A stretch of 64,000 bases of DNA from Mobula hypostoma. Lineage: Eukaryota. A program made the position numbers and the translations under genes. Under the pieces are notes generated by a model. It made no database searches and had not been told where the DNA came from. It saw only the letters and a list, made by a program, of their open reading frames with translations. Numbering within the stretch: the first letter of the stretch is position 1; each line of letters opens with the position of its first letter. Positions 25,955 through 38,264 of this stretch are shown in pieces. The stretch covers positions 104,038,001 to 104,102,000 of the forward strand of contig NC_086107.1 in NCBI RefSeq assembly GCF_963921235.1. The letters run 5' to 3'.

Positions 25955-27900
25955 ATCAGAAACAATAGAGGGGGAGTTGTAGATGTAGTATATTTGGATT
26001 TTCAGATGGCACATGACAAAATGCCACCTACAAGGGTTGGTACACAAAATAATAGCTCATGGTAATGGGATAGATTGAAGATTGGTCAAAGGCTCAAAAG
26101 CCAGAGAGTTGAGATTAACTGAACAACACAAAATGGAAGAACTCAGCAGGTCAGGCAGCATCTATGGCGATGAATAAACAGTCGATATTTCGAGTCAAGA
26201 CCCATCATCAGCATTGGAGTTGGAATTAACAGATCTTTTTCATACCGGAATGATGTAGCTAGGAGTGCTCCAAAGCTAAGTTCTTGTTGTCAATTATTTA
26301 TAGAATCATAGAGCACTCCCGCACGGAAACAGGCCTTTTGGCCCGTCTAGTTTGTGCTAGACTTGTTATTCTGCCCAGTCACATCAACCCATACATAGAT
26401 CATAGCCCTCCATAGCCCTCTCATCCATGTACTTATCCAAACTTCTCTTACATGTAGCAATCGAACCGCATCCACCACATTTTGCTGGCAGCTCGTTCCA
26501 CACTCACACCCTCTGAGTGAAGAAATTCCCCCCTCAGTTTCCCCTTAAATATTTTACCTTTTGCCTTTAACCTATGAACTCTTAATTCTAGTCTCACAGA
26601 ACCTCAGTGGAAAAATCCTGCTTGCATGTACCCTATCTATAATCGTCGTAATTTTGGATAAATATATCAAATCTCCCTTCATTCTCCTATCCTATTTATG
26701 ATTTGATATTAATCACCTGATGAAGTCGGGTAACCAAGTTCGTTCAAGATCATTTGGGAGCATGCTTTTAGTGAGGATACTTGGATTGTCCAACGCGATG
26801 TAGATTGAGCGAGCAAAAACTGGGCAAAGGGAATTTAATGTGGGAAAGTGGGAGGTCAGGCACTTTGGTAAGAGAGATCTGGAGGCAAATGGTGATCTAA
26901 CTGGAGAAAGATTGCATGTGAGCGAGGTACAGAGGGACCTAGATGTTCTTGTGTATGAATCACAAAAGGTTAGCGGGTACAGACAGCAGGTGGTTGGGAA
27001 GAAACATAAAAACATAGAAAACCTACAGCACAATACAGGCCCTTCGGCCCACAAAGTTGTGTCGAACATGTCCCTACCTTAGAAATTACTAGACTTACCC
27101 ATAGCCCTCTATTTTTCTAAGCTCCACGTACCTATCAAAAGTCTCTTAAAAGACCCTATCGTATCCGCCTCCGCCACCATTGCTGGCAGCCCATTCCACG
27201 CACTCACCACTCTCTGAGTAAAAAACTTACCCCTGACATCTCCTCTGTACCTACTCCCCAGCACCTTAAACCTGTGTCCTCTTGTGGCAACCATTTCAGC
27301 CCTGGGAAAAAGCCTCTGACTATCCACACAATCAATGCCTCTCATCGTCTTATACAGAGAAATAGAGGGTTGGACTTTATTGTAAGAGGGCTGGCGTGAG
27401 AAAATAGGAAGTATTGTTACAATTGTACCGAATGTTGGTGAGGCCGCACCACGATTATTATGTTCAGTTCTGGTCTCCTTAATATAGAAAGGATATGTTG
27501 GTGTTGGAGTTAGTTCAAAAGGTTAATTCCTGAGGTGAAAGGGTTGCCCAGTCACTAACAGCTTGGGAATTAGCTCTATATTCTTTGGTGTTTAAAAGAA
27601 AGGTGATCTTATTGAAACATTCCCTTTTGGAAGAATCTGGAACGAGGAGACACGTTACAAGAGTAGGGGGCAGCAGTCATTTATCATTGAGGGTGTCGAA
27701 TCTCTGGAATTCTTTGTCCCGGAGGGTAGAGGAGGCTGGATCACAACCAAAGGAGGAAGTAGATAAATTATTGAATGGTAAAAGAATTGAGGGACATGGG
27801 GAACTGGCACAGAAGATGAACCAGTGGAGGGTTGACCATGATCGTACTGAATGATGGGACAGGCTTGAGGGGTCGAGTGGCCTACTCCTGCTCCTGTGTT
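25955..27900. mobile_element. Old CR1 (+) interrupted by younger CR1 3' ends (-, about 26300-26690 and 27005-27355) and a PLE fragment; fills intron 3 of the CDA-like gene
   Basis: VDVVYLDFQ, WEVRHFG and LVRPH remnants on +; RGKFFTQRVV on -. Confidence 0.75.
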
Positions 27901-28089
27901 CAAAGATACTGCTTCAGGTGGAAGATCACTGTCACTGGGTCTTTCTTTCCGCAGATGCTGCCTGATCTGCTGGGTGTTTCCAGCATTTCCCCGTTTTTAT
28001 TTCAGATTCCCAGTATCTCCACTGGGGTGCTGTTTTCAGCTCGGTGCATTATAATGGTACCTGCCAATATATTCAGACTGTGGCCTCAC

Positions 28090-28141
28090 CTCTCTCAGCA
28101 CCTGCCTGCAGCCACCACAGGGTGTGTAGTCCCTTCTGTCA
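28090..28141 (-). CDS. CDA-like paralogue, exon 3 (52 nt)
   Basis: ctctcttacag acceptor and GAG|gtgagg donor. (S)DRRDYTPCGGCRQVLRE contains PCxxC. Confidence 0.93.
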
Positions 28142-28342
28142 CTGTAAGAGAGCAAAATGTGGTCAGGATCCCACTGTTAAAGGCTGACTGTGTTATTTTT
28201 GTGTGTGTGTGTGTGTGTTGGTTGATTCTATGCCTTCTCTTCTCACATCACTCCCTTACTTTAACCAACCGTTCCCAAGTGATCCCTATCACAGTATGCA
28301 GAATTCTCTGTCCAGAAGACTCTGATCCTTTATTTCCTGCAG

Positions 28343-28910
28343 AGCTTCAAGAAAGCTCACCTCTGTCCCAGGATACTGATGGACTTTTACCGCTGTACCA
28401 TTGAGAGCATACTCACCAACTGCATCTCAGTGTGGTATGGCAATTGTCCCGTAGCAGACCGCAAAGCACTCCAGCGTGTGGTGAAAACTGCCCAGCGGAT
28501 TATCAGCACCCAATTGCCCATCATTGAGACCATCTACCATACACGCTGCCTGGGCAGGGTGAAAAGCATTATCAGGGACGCATCTCACCCTAACCATGGA
28601 CTTTTTACTCTCCTCCCATCCGGTAGGCGCTGCAGGAGCCTCCACTCCCGCACCAGCAGGTGCAGGAAGAGCTTCTTCCCTGAGGCTGTGACCCTGCTGA
28701 ACCTCACATCACAGCGCTAAGCAGTATTGCACCCATATTGTACTGTCTCAGTACTTTTATATTTATGTGCTGTAGCACTTCCTTTTTATTCGCGGTTATT
28801 TTGTAAATAACACTCTTCTTATTTCTGGTCAGATGCTAACTGCATTTCATTGGTTTTGTATCTGTACTCAGCACAATGACAAAGTTGAATCTAATCTAAT
28901 CTGATCTAAT
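28343..28910 (+). mobile_element. Rex1/L2-like LINE 3' fragment in intron 2 of the CDA-like gene
   Basis: FYRCTIESILTNCISVWYG..LPSGRR..SFFPEAV; (AATCT)n tail. Confidence 0.85.
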
Positions 28911-29275
28911 CCTTTTGTATCGGATTCCATTGGCTGTCCTGTCAAGGAGCCCCACTCACCACCCCACCCCACCCCACCCCAACGTCTTGCCTGTCCTTGT
29001 GCAATGAGACCCTTCCCAGTTCCCTTCTCAGCCAAATATTGCTCTGGAAGGCAGCACGTTCCAGACAGGAAAGTCAGAGAGCGGGGCCACCTCCCTGGTC
29101 TCGATCGCCTGCTCCCTCTCCTCTCCAACCCTCCCACAGTGGGTAAAGCACTGCAGTCTGATCTTGCTTCAGAACATCCCACACCAGACTCCAGGCCCGA
29201 CGTCCAGCCAGCGCTTGTAGCTACAGGAAATCACAGCTGCTCTATCGCAGGTCGGCAGGCCCGCTGAGTCGGTAC

Positions 29276-29387
29276 CTGCAAACCGCCAGGGACTTGAACT
29301 TGGTGCAGCCTTCGGAGACGGCCTTGTAAATGGCAACGCACTCCGCGCACGCCGACATCCCCGGGCAGGCGTTTTCGATGCTGCAGC
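29276..29387 (-). CDS. CDA-like paralogue, exon 2 (112 nt)
   Basis: ccccatcccag acceptor and AG|gtaccg donor. GCSIENACPGMSACAECVAIYKAVSEGCTKFKSLAVC contains the CAE catalytic motif. Confidence 0.93.
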
Positions 29388-30124
29388 CTGGGATGGGGAC
29401 GGGGCAAGTGAGAGTGTTAGAATCGGTTAGATCCCTTCTTCCACATATCACCTCCCAGCTGCCTGTTTCATCCCTCCACCCACCCCTCACCCTGCCAGTT
29501 TGTGCTCCCCACTTCCTTGTTCAGGCTTCTGCCTCCCTTCCTCTCCAGCCCTGACGGACGATCACGGCCCAAAATCTTGGCTGCTTATTTCCTCCTCAGA
29601 TGCTGCCTGAATTGTTGGGTTCCTCCAGTATTTTGTGTGTGGTGTTCAAGATTTCCACAAACAACAGAATCTCTTGTGCAGATGCTGCTTTGTATTGATT
29701 TACCCCACTGTCCCCTGTCCCTCCCCCTACACAGGGACTGCCCCCCCCCCCAGTTCTTCCCCTGACCCTCCCCCAAAGCATTGTTCATAAAACCATAAGC
29801 TATAGGAGCAGAATTAGGCAATTTGGACCATGGAGTCTGCTCCGCCATTTCATCATGGCCGATCCATTTTTCCCTCTCAGCCCCAGTCTGCTTTCTCCTC
29901 ATGTCCCTCCATGCCCTGACTAATCAAGAACCTATCAACCTCTGTCTAAGTACAACCAACGACTTGCCCTCCACAGCCGCCTGTGGTGACGAATTCCACA
30001 CAGACTCACCACCCTCTGGCTAAAGAAATCCCTCCTCATCTCCGTTCAGCTCCATTACACGCGGTCTCGTCACCTGGGGGCTGGGCGCACGGTTTGAGGG
30101 CAGAGTGCTGGTCAGATTACTCAC

Positions 30125-30269
30125 CTGTGAATGTTTTCCCATTCTCAGTCAGCAGGGCGGCACCTGTTGAACACTTGGTGTATGGAGAATAGGCACATCC
30201 CTTGGCCTCTTGGCTTTTCTTGATCAACATTTCTACCTCATCTGATTTCTGGTCTGTGGGAGTACACAT
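30125..30269 (-). CDS. Divergent cytidine deaminase paralogue (CDA-like), exon 1
   Basis: aagATG start. MCTPTDQKSDEVEMLIKKSQEAKGCAYSPYTKCSTGAALLTENGKTFT, then G|gtgagt donor (phase 1). Aligns to human [30 protein letters not shown]. Confidence 0.92.
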
Positions 30270-31049
30270 CTTGCTCTGTCACACACAGATATCAAGAGTT
30301 TTAAAAAGTGTTGCGTTGGCCAACGGAGACCACTGGGCAAGAGGTACTGGAGCCTTAAGCCCCACGTCACCAGGTGTAGAGGCTGCTACTTTCCTGCAAA
30401 CATCAGGTCCTTGAACTGACCTACCACACAGCCCCAACCCTACCTCAGCAACAAAACATCACAGGTCACCTCTTGCACTGCTGCGGACTTGTTCCTTCAG
30501 AATCAGGTTTAATATCAACAGCGTACGTCATGAAATTTCCTGACTTTGTGGCGGCAGTGTAATGCAATACGTAATAATAGAGAGAAGAAAACTGTGAATT
30601 ACAGCAAGTATATGTATTAAATAATAACTACGTAGTGCAAACAGAAATAAAAAAGAAGTTAGTGAGGTAGTGTTCATAGGCTCAATATCCATTCAGAAAT
30701 CGGTTGGTAGAAGGGAAGAAGCTGTTTTTTAAATTGCATCAGAGTTCTGAATGGATAGTGAACCAACTCCTGAACACTACTTCACTAATTTTGTTCTCTT
30801 TTTTTGCACTACTTGTATATTTTCTTACTCTAAATTTCATACTGTAATTTATAGCATTTTTTATGTATTGCACTGTACTGCCACTGCAGAACAACAAACT
30901 TCACAACATTTTTCATTGATATTAATTCCGATTCTGCATGCTTGGCAACCTCCATTTTCTTCACCATCTTGTATAATTCATGTGCAACTTTTGTCACGAG
31001 TGTTGGCTGCAGTCGAGTTTTGACTTTTGCGCCCCTTACTGTGACACTA

Positions 31050-31490
31050 GGTGGATTAGAGAGCGTGTCTTATGAGGGTAGGTTGAGCGAGCGAGGGCTT
31101 TTCTCTCTGCAGCAAATGAGGACGAGAGGTGACTCGCTGGAGGTGTACAAGATGATAAGAGTGGACAGCCAGAGACTTTCTCCCAGGTCGGAAACGGCTC
31201 AGACCAGGCGACATAATTTTAAGTTGAGTAGAGGAAAGTATGGGGAGGGGGGATGTCAGAGGTAAGTGTTTTTTTCACATAGAGGGTGGTGGATGAATGG
31301 AACGCCCTGCCAGGGGTGGTGGTAGAGGCAGATACACCAGGGACATTTAAGAGACTCTTAGATAGGTACATGGATGATAGAAAAATGAAGGGCTGTTTGG
31401 GAGGGGAGGGTTAAGTTGATTTTAGAGTAGGTGAAAAGGTCAGCACAACATTGTGGGCTGAATGGCCTGTACTGTTCTCTGTTCTATGCT
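31050..31490 (+). mobile_element. CR1 3' fragment
   Basis: GLESVSYEGRL..RGD..EVYKM and a CR1-type 3' UTR. Confidence 0.8.
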
Positions 31491-31583
31491 CCACCACAGA
31501 CATCACTAGAGGCCAGAATCAACCATAGATTTCTTGAGCTGTGAGACAGCAGCTCTCACCGTGTTAATTAACTTTACTTAAAG

Positions 31584-31688
31584 GAAGACATGGTGAATCA
31601 GCGGCTACATTAAATAATGGCACAACATTCAAAAATCCAGTCTCTCAACAGCTGGAGATTACTTACCATGTTATGGCCAAGAATGTAG
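31584..31688 (+). CDS. Uncharacterised UBZ-finger gene, candidate first coding exon
   Basis: tttacttaaag acceptor and TAG|gtaaaa donor. Frame open throughout, with in-frame gttATGG at 31673 (MAKNV). Ends in phase 1, compatible with the next exon. Confidence 0.45.
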
Positions 31689-32944
31689 GTAAAAGCTGTT
31701 GACACAAATACGAAACTCTTAGCTGGGCACATGGATGACAGAAAATGGAGGGCTATGTGGCAGGGAAGGGTTAGTTCAATCATAGAGTAGGTTACAATGT
31801 TGGCAGAGCATTGTGGGCTGAATGGCCTGTACTGTGCTGCAATGTCCTATGTACTGGAAGAACTCGCCTTTGCCACTTTGTGGTAAAGTGGCAACTGAAC
31901 TGTTCCTCAATACAGAACCCTCATCAAGTGGTACCTCTGCTGAGGGCGACAGGAGATGGGTGAGGAAGTGATTGGGTGGGGGTGGAGGTGCAACTAGTTA
32001 GGAACCCACCCCCACTGCGTTGCTCCCACAAGAAAGAGCAACCATATCGTGCAAACAAAGGACATCATCCCACCGGCTGACTTGCACCCAGCGTCAGACA
32101 AGTGAGAGAAAGGTCAGATCTCATGAGTCCCCTGCATCGTTGTGGTGATGGACCACGTTTGTCCATTCATAACTGAGCATCATTAAATCATCACCTCCAG
32201 GGGAATCTAAGGTTAGCCCTCCAACTCACAGCCAGTAATACTATCAAACTTGAAATAACATTGGCATTCGCAGCCAATGTTAGACCACTAAAGCAGAGAA
32301 TATGTGTAATTTTAGTGGGTTGCCCCTTTTGACGATCTTCCCAAATTCCACTTACAGTAAAAGGTGCTGTTGAACAATCCAAATCAAATCTGTGTTAACC
32401 TTTCTAGGCCCAAGTCCAACTGACCCCAAGCGTACGATAGTGGTGTTTGGGCTGTCAAGGTAACGTCCAAATATAGAGAGGGTCAACACAAAAAGGAGGG
32501 CAGATGATTACACAACAATGGATGACAATGACTGCCTAATAAGACCATCCCCTCCATATATGGAGAGTATGTTTACAGCTCCCACCAAGTAGTTGCTGAT
32601 TGGACAGGAGCTGCGATGCCATACGAAACATAGTAGAGTCCAGACCTGAAACATTATTTGTCCATTTCGCACCATAGATGCTGCCTGACCTGCTGAGTTT
32701 CTCCAGCACTTGTTTGCTGACAACAGTAAATGGCCACATTCATCCACAGCCTTTGTAATTCAGGGCAGACAAGTTAATTTTAAGTGCAATTTTAGGAGTA
32801 CAAGATAAATTCACAAATATTTTCTGATCTCATTCGGTAGTCAGTGCTGTTTAGGGGCCTTATATTGGCTGTTTATTATATTGAAAGAAAACTTGTATTT
32901 TCCAGCTGATCATAAGCACAAGAGATTCTGCAGATGCTGGAAAT

Positions 32945-33692
32945 TCAAAGATTCAAAGATTCAAAAAACTTTATTGTCATTCTAACCATACATCAGCTCT
33001 GCAGGGCAGAATGAGACAGCGTTTCTCAGGGGCAGTGCAATCATAACATAACAAACGCAACACTAAATAATAAACATAACAATAAATAGTAAAACACAAC
33101 AGCCACATGTCAGTTAAAATCAGTTATAAGTGTCCAGTGCAAGTTAAAAGTGTCCAAAGCAGAGTCAGGTAGAGCAGCTATTTAGCAGTCTGACTGCCTG
33201 TGGGAGGAAGCTGTTTAGTAGCCTTGTGGTTTTAGTTTTGATGCTCCTGTAACGTTTGCCTGATGGCAGAAGAACAAACAGTTCATGGAGAGGGTGTGAG
33301 GGGTCTTTAATGATGTACCGTGTCTTCTGGAGGCATCGACTCTGAAAGAGGTCTTGGACAGAAGGTAGGGAGACCCCAATAACCTTCTCTGCTCCCCTAA
33401 CCACCCTCTGCAAGGCTTTTTTGTCGACAGCACTGCAGCTGGAGTACCAGGTTGTGATGCAAAAGGTCAGCACACTCTCAACCACGCCTCTGTAGAATGT
33501 AGTTAAGATGTTAGTGGGGAGTGATGCTTGCTTAAGCTTCCTCAGAAAGTGCAATCTCTGCTGGGCCCGTTTCACAATCCCAGTGGTGTTCCTGGACCAG
33601 GTGAGATTGTCCGAGATCTGCACCCCAAGGAACTTGATGTTTTCCACTCTCTCCACTGCGGAGCCTCTGATGCTGAGGGGTGTGTGCTCAGG
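32945..33692 (-). mobile_element. Rex1/L2-like LINE 3' fragment (second family)
   Basis: VERVENIKFLG..AQQRLHFLRKL..SFLPQAVRLLN; (TGAATCTT)n tail. Confidence 0.9.
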
Positions 33693-36479
33693 CTGAAATC
33701 CAGAGTAACACACACAAAATGCTGGAGGAAGTCAGCAAGTTAGGCAGCATCTATGGAAAGGAATAAACAGTCGATGTTTTGGGCCGAGATCTCTCATCAG
33801 GACTGTCCAGCTGATCTTTGCTTAGAAACAAGTCCAGCTCACACCTGACTGACGTACTGACCTTTAGCCGCGCATTCTGATTCTCTTGCTTTCTTGGAGA
33901 GAGCCGTCCACAATATCAAACTTAATTCAACCACGTCCCGTAATCTATGCGGGTGATACAGTTCCCGCGTCTTGGCACAATCCAGTAAATGGTGCACCTT
34001 TTATGCACCCTCAATTGGCAAGTTCATTCCGCTGGCACTTTACAGTGAGCCCAGAATTAGAGAGCTATTTTCCACCATTCACAGTGCAAGCTGTGTATAG
34101 TAATGATTGTGGATTATGATACCTGGTTGTAACTGCTTTTGAGAAGCAGGATGTCGCATCAGAGGGGGTCCGGAGGATGTTCCCAGGATTGGAGGATGTT
34201 ACGGGGTTACACAGAGATCAATGGGAAATTTAATCGCTATTTATAATACTCTAAGAGAGCTGAGCTGATCGAGCAGTTCCAGAGATGGGTGGAGGGTATG
34301 ATAGAGGTAGGGTGTGGAGGTTTGGCTGGCTGTTCGCTCTTCGGAACCTACTCTCCCCTTGGAATTACGGGGGGCTGCAAAGAAAAGAGCATCACGGGGG
34401 CTGCTGAGCGAGCCTCCAGATGGCTGTGGATCAAGAGATGTGACCAGTGCTGCTGGGACACAAACCAGGACCTGATCAACCCTGCCTGGGTCGCCTGGGC
34501 GAGGGTATCTGAAACACCCGAGGACCCCAGGTTACGTTACTGATGGTGCGTCCCAGCATGTATCCCGGCAGCTAGAACGATTTGGTGCCTCGAATTGTAT
34601 AGAGGGAACTTAATTATTTCAGCACGGAACCAGAATCAGATTTATTACCGCTAACTTAAATGATGTGAAATTTGTTTAGTGGCAGCAGTACGGTGCAAAG
34701 ACTTAAGCTTACTATACATGACATAAACAATAAATGGTGCAAAAAGAAGGACTCATCGGGAAGTGTTCATGGACCATTCAGAAATCTGAAGTATCTGTTT
34801 CTGAATCGTTGAGGGTGAATCTTCAGGCTCCTTCCCTGACGGTGGTATTGAGGAGAGGTCCTGGTTTGGGTGGTGAGGGGTCCTTCTTGAGAAACCACCT
34901 CTTGAAGATATCCTCGATGGTGGGGAGTACCCTGAAAATAATAAGTCTTGCAGGGATGTGAGGAGAGTTCGCAAAGAGCTCCAGAACGTAGGGTAGAAAC
35001 CATAGAAACTACAGCACAGAAACAGGCCTTTTGGCCCTTCTTGGCTGTGCTGAACCATTTTCTGCTTAGTCCCACTGACCTGCACACGGACCAAATCCCT
35101 CCATACACCTCCCATCCATGCATCTGTCCAATTTATTCTTAAATGTTAATAAAGAACCCACATTTAAGTGGTTGGTGGCATAAGGTAGTTGAGTTTGAAA
35201 CCCTTGTCTTGCCGAGGAGCATTTGGATAGGAAGTGAGGATTGGGAGGAGTGTGACGTGCTCTTTTATTTTCACCAGTGTGACACGTTGGGCTTTTTCCT
35301 GTGACGTGTCTATGATTCCATGCGTGAAGATAAAACCTGCAAATCTGTAATGTCACTTGATCTTCGGGAAGTGCCAGTCTGCAAATATTCTGAATATATT
35401 GATCGGTATGATTGGTTTTAGGGTGGCAGATCACCCTGCGTACAAACAGGCCCTTCGGCCCACTGAGTCAGTGCTGACCATCAAGTGCCTGTTTTGCCAG
35501 TTTTGCCAGTTTTGTGCGTGTGTGTGTGTGTATAAGAGAGAGAAAAAAACAGAAACACCTTTTTGCACAACTAACAATCAGAGCATTTCTGCTGGCAACC
35601 AAGCAGGAAGACTGCCAGCTCACCAGGTCAGACAATAAAATTTGGTGTGAAGTCAGAGTAACAAAGGTGTCAGAATGAGACTCAGCAGCTGATGGTGGGG
35701 GGCTGGGGGAGGGAGCGATTCACAGGTCAAAGGCTTCAGGGAAGAAAAGTCAAGGTGGAGTTTATTGCCTGCACAAGGACATGTGTGTACAGGTGTGACT
35801 GAAAACCAACATAGCGGCATCACAGGCACATCGCGTGAGACCAGCAGCATTCACAAGAGAATCATAAGCTATAAATCAGACACATTTCTACTGGAAAGAG
35901 CATAACTAGAACAAAAAAACACGTCCAGCATCGTGCAAAGTGTCCAGTGTTGCTATACTGAGGTAACGATGAGGTTTGTGCAGGGTGTTGAAGAACTGAA
36001 TGGTTGAACCTGACGGTATGGGACTTCAGGCTTCGGTGCCTCCTTCCTGATGGTAGCTGTGAGAAGTTGGCATGGCCCAGGTAGTGCTTTCAGATGACAG
36101 ATGCCCCCTTCTTAAGGCAGCACCTCATGTAGATACTGATGATGGGGATTGTGCCTGCGATGTATTGGACAGAACCTACTACCCTGTGCTTATGTCTCTG
36201 CACAATCAGATTTCTGTACTAAACCATGATGCAACTAGTCAGGATGCTTTCAACAGTATGTCTGTGGAAGGACAGCAGATTTGTGTAGATCCAGCTATCA
36301 TGCATTAAATGATATATCGACCAGGGTAAGAGTGAAATCACCGGGCAGAGCGTGGAGGGAAACCTAAGGACTTCATGGATAGGGAGGCTCCATATAAGAC
36401 AATCAACTGGTTGGAGAGAGTGGGTCTTATTTACAAATTATAGTGAACTATTGGACGGGGAAGAACTAGAAAGAAAACA

Positions 36480-37085
36480 TAAAACACTCTGCAGATGCTG
36501 GGGTCAAAGCAACACTCACAACACGCTGGAGGAACTCAGCACGTCAGGTAGCATCCGTGGAAACGATCAGTCAACGTTTCGGGCCGGAACCCTTCGTCAG
36601 GACTGAAGAGGGAAGGGACAGAGGCCCTATAAAGAAGGTGGGGGGAGGGTGGGAAGGAGAAGGCTGGTAGGTTCCAGGTGAAAAACCAGTAAGGGGAAAG
36701 ATAAAGGGGTGGGGAGGGGAAACAGGGAGGTGATAGGCAGGAAAGGTGAAGAAAGAATAGGGGAAAACACAATGGGTAGTAGAAGGAGGCGGAACCAAGA
36801 GGGAGGTGGTAGGTAGCTGGGGGAGGGGACAGAGTGAAACTGGGATAGGGGAAGGGAGGGGGAGGGAATTACCGAAAGTTGGAGAATTCAATGTTCATAC
36901 CAAGGGGCTGGAGACTACCTAGATGGTATATGAGGTGTTGCTCCTCCAACCTGAGCTTAGCCTCATCATGGTAGTAGAGGAGGCCATGTATGGACATAAC
37001 TGAATGGGAGTGGGAAGCATTGTTGAAGTGGGTGGCAACTGGAAGATCCTGTCTGTTGTGGCGGACAGAGCGGAGGTGTTCGACG
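36480..37085 (-). mobile_element. Penelope-like element 3' part with intact hammerhead motif
   Basis: GIY-YIG C-terminal remnant; tcagtcCTGACGAagggttccggcccGAAAcgttgactga on the - strand at 36606-36567. Confidence 0.85.
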
Positions 37086-37178
37086 AAAGAACTAGAAAGA
37101 CACAGTGGTAGATAGTTTAAATGAGAGACTTGCTCTTTCTGAGATTAAGAGATTATAACATCTTCCACATTATTCCAG

Positions 37179-37292
37179 CAGGAGGTCTCGCCTACCTGAG
37201 GATGGAGTGTCCCATGTGTGGCCTTGAGTTTCCCATCATCATAGTTGAATACCATGCGTGGGAGTGCAATGGACGTGAAGAACCCAATGAAG
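37179..37292 (+). CDS. Uncharacterised gene, exon with UBZ4-type zinc finger 1
   Basis: tattccag acceptor, AAG|gtgagg donor (alternative in-frame donor after 37298), phase 1-1. MECPMCGLEFPIIIVEYHAWECNG is CX2CX11HX3C. Confidence 0.75.
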
Positions 37293-37351
37293 GTGAGGGT
37301 GAGTGGCAGCGGAAAACACAAGCTGTCACACGACACTACGGGTGCGAATAA

Positions 37352-38264
37352 CACTGGACAACTAATCTTTTAGAAAGTGTTGCTTCCTCAGAAATTTTTT
37401 TTGTTTGTGATAGAACACTTGAAGCTGAACATAAATATAATTTCAGACTACATGTACCACATAGGAATTTGGAGAATCAAGAAATGAACTTTTAATGAAT
37501 ATAATGCATTTAATTGCAAAATGGTGCTGACGCTTTGCAATAATTCAACCAAGTTGAAGATGTTTTGTTGATGATTTTCATTTGTGCTCAGTGTCTGAGG
37601 CTTCTCGCTTAAGTGTCCAACAATAATCACCCGGCATTGATGGATTCCAGTTGCCCTGATACAGTTTCTCCATGATCACAATGTCCTGGTGAAAACTTTC
37701 ACCATGCTCGTCATTGACAGCGTGAAACTTTGCAGGGACGAAGTCTAAATGGGAATGCAGAAAATGAATCTTTAGCGACATGTTGCACTTCATGGTTTTG
37801 TATGCTTGAAGCATGTTGTCAACCAGCTGCACATAGTTTGTGCTCTGTAGTTGCCAAGAAAATTTTCAACAGCATCCTTGAATGCCTTCCATGCAATTTT
37901 CTCTGGTCCCAGTAGAAGTTCCTCGAACTGCCTTCCTGACGAAGGGTCTCGGCCTGAAACATCGACTGCACCTCTTCCTAGAGATGCTGCCTGACCTGCT
38001 GCGTTCACCAGCAACTTTGATGTGTGTTGCTTGAATTTCCAGCATCTGCAGAATTCCTGTTGTTTGCCTGTAATTGATGTTTGATTTGTGGACCAACAAA
38101 AATGCCTTCCTTAACCATGGCAACTTAACTTATGAATTGAAATGACAAATATAGGCAACTTCTGAAAAAATAGCACATGATAGGGAAATTCTATTGCGAT
38201 TTTTCATGGTCAGTAGCCCAAAATCCATACGTAATTCAGGAAGTAAAATCTTTGTTGTCCGGTG
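37352..38264 (-). mobile_element. Internally deleted DNA transposon, probably Chapaev3 (CMC) type
   Basis: TIRs cactggacaac / gttgtccggtg with TAA and TGA flanks. Transposase C-terminus MSLKIHFLHSHLDF..DEHGESFHQDI..YQG.W....DYCWTL. PLE piece inserted at about 37930-38067. Confidence 0.75.

Noticed and set aside
29251..29407. Open + strand candidate exon VGRPAESV...
   Set aside because: It is the antisense shadow of CDA-like exon 2.
25663..30269. AID/APOBEC-type nucleic acid editor
   Set aside because: It has CAE rather than HxE and the exon structure of free-nucleoside tetrameric CDA.
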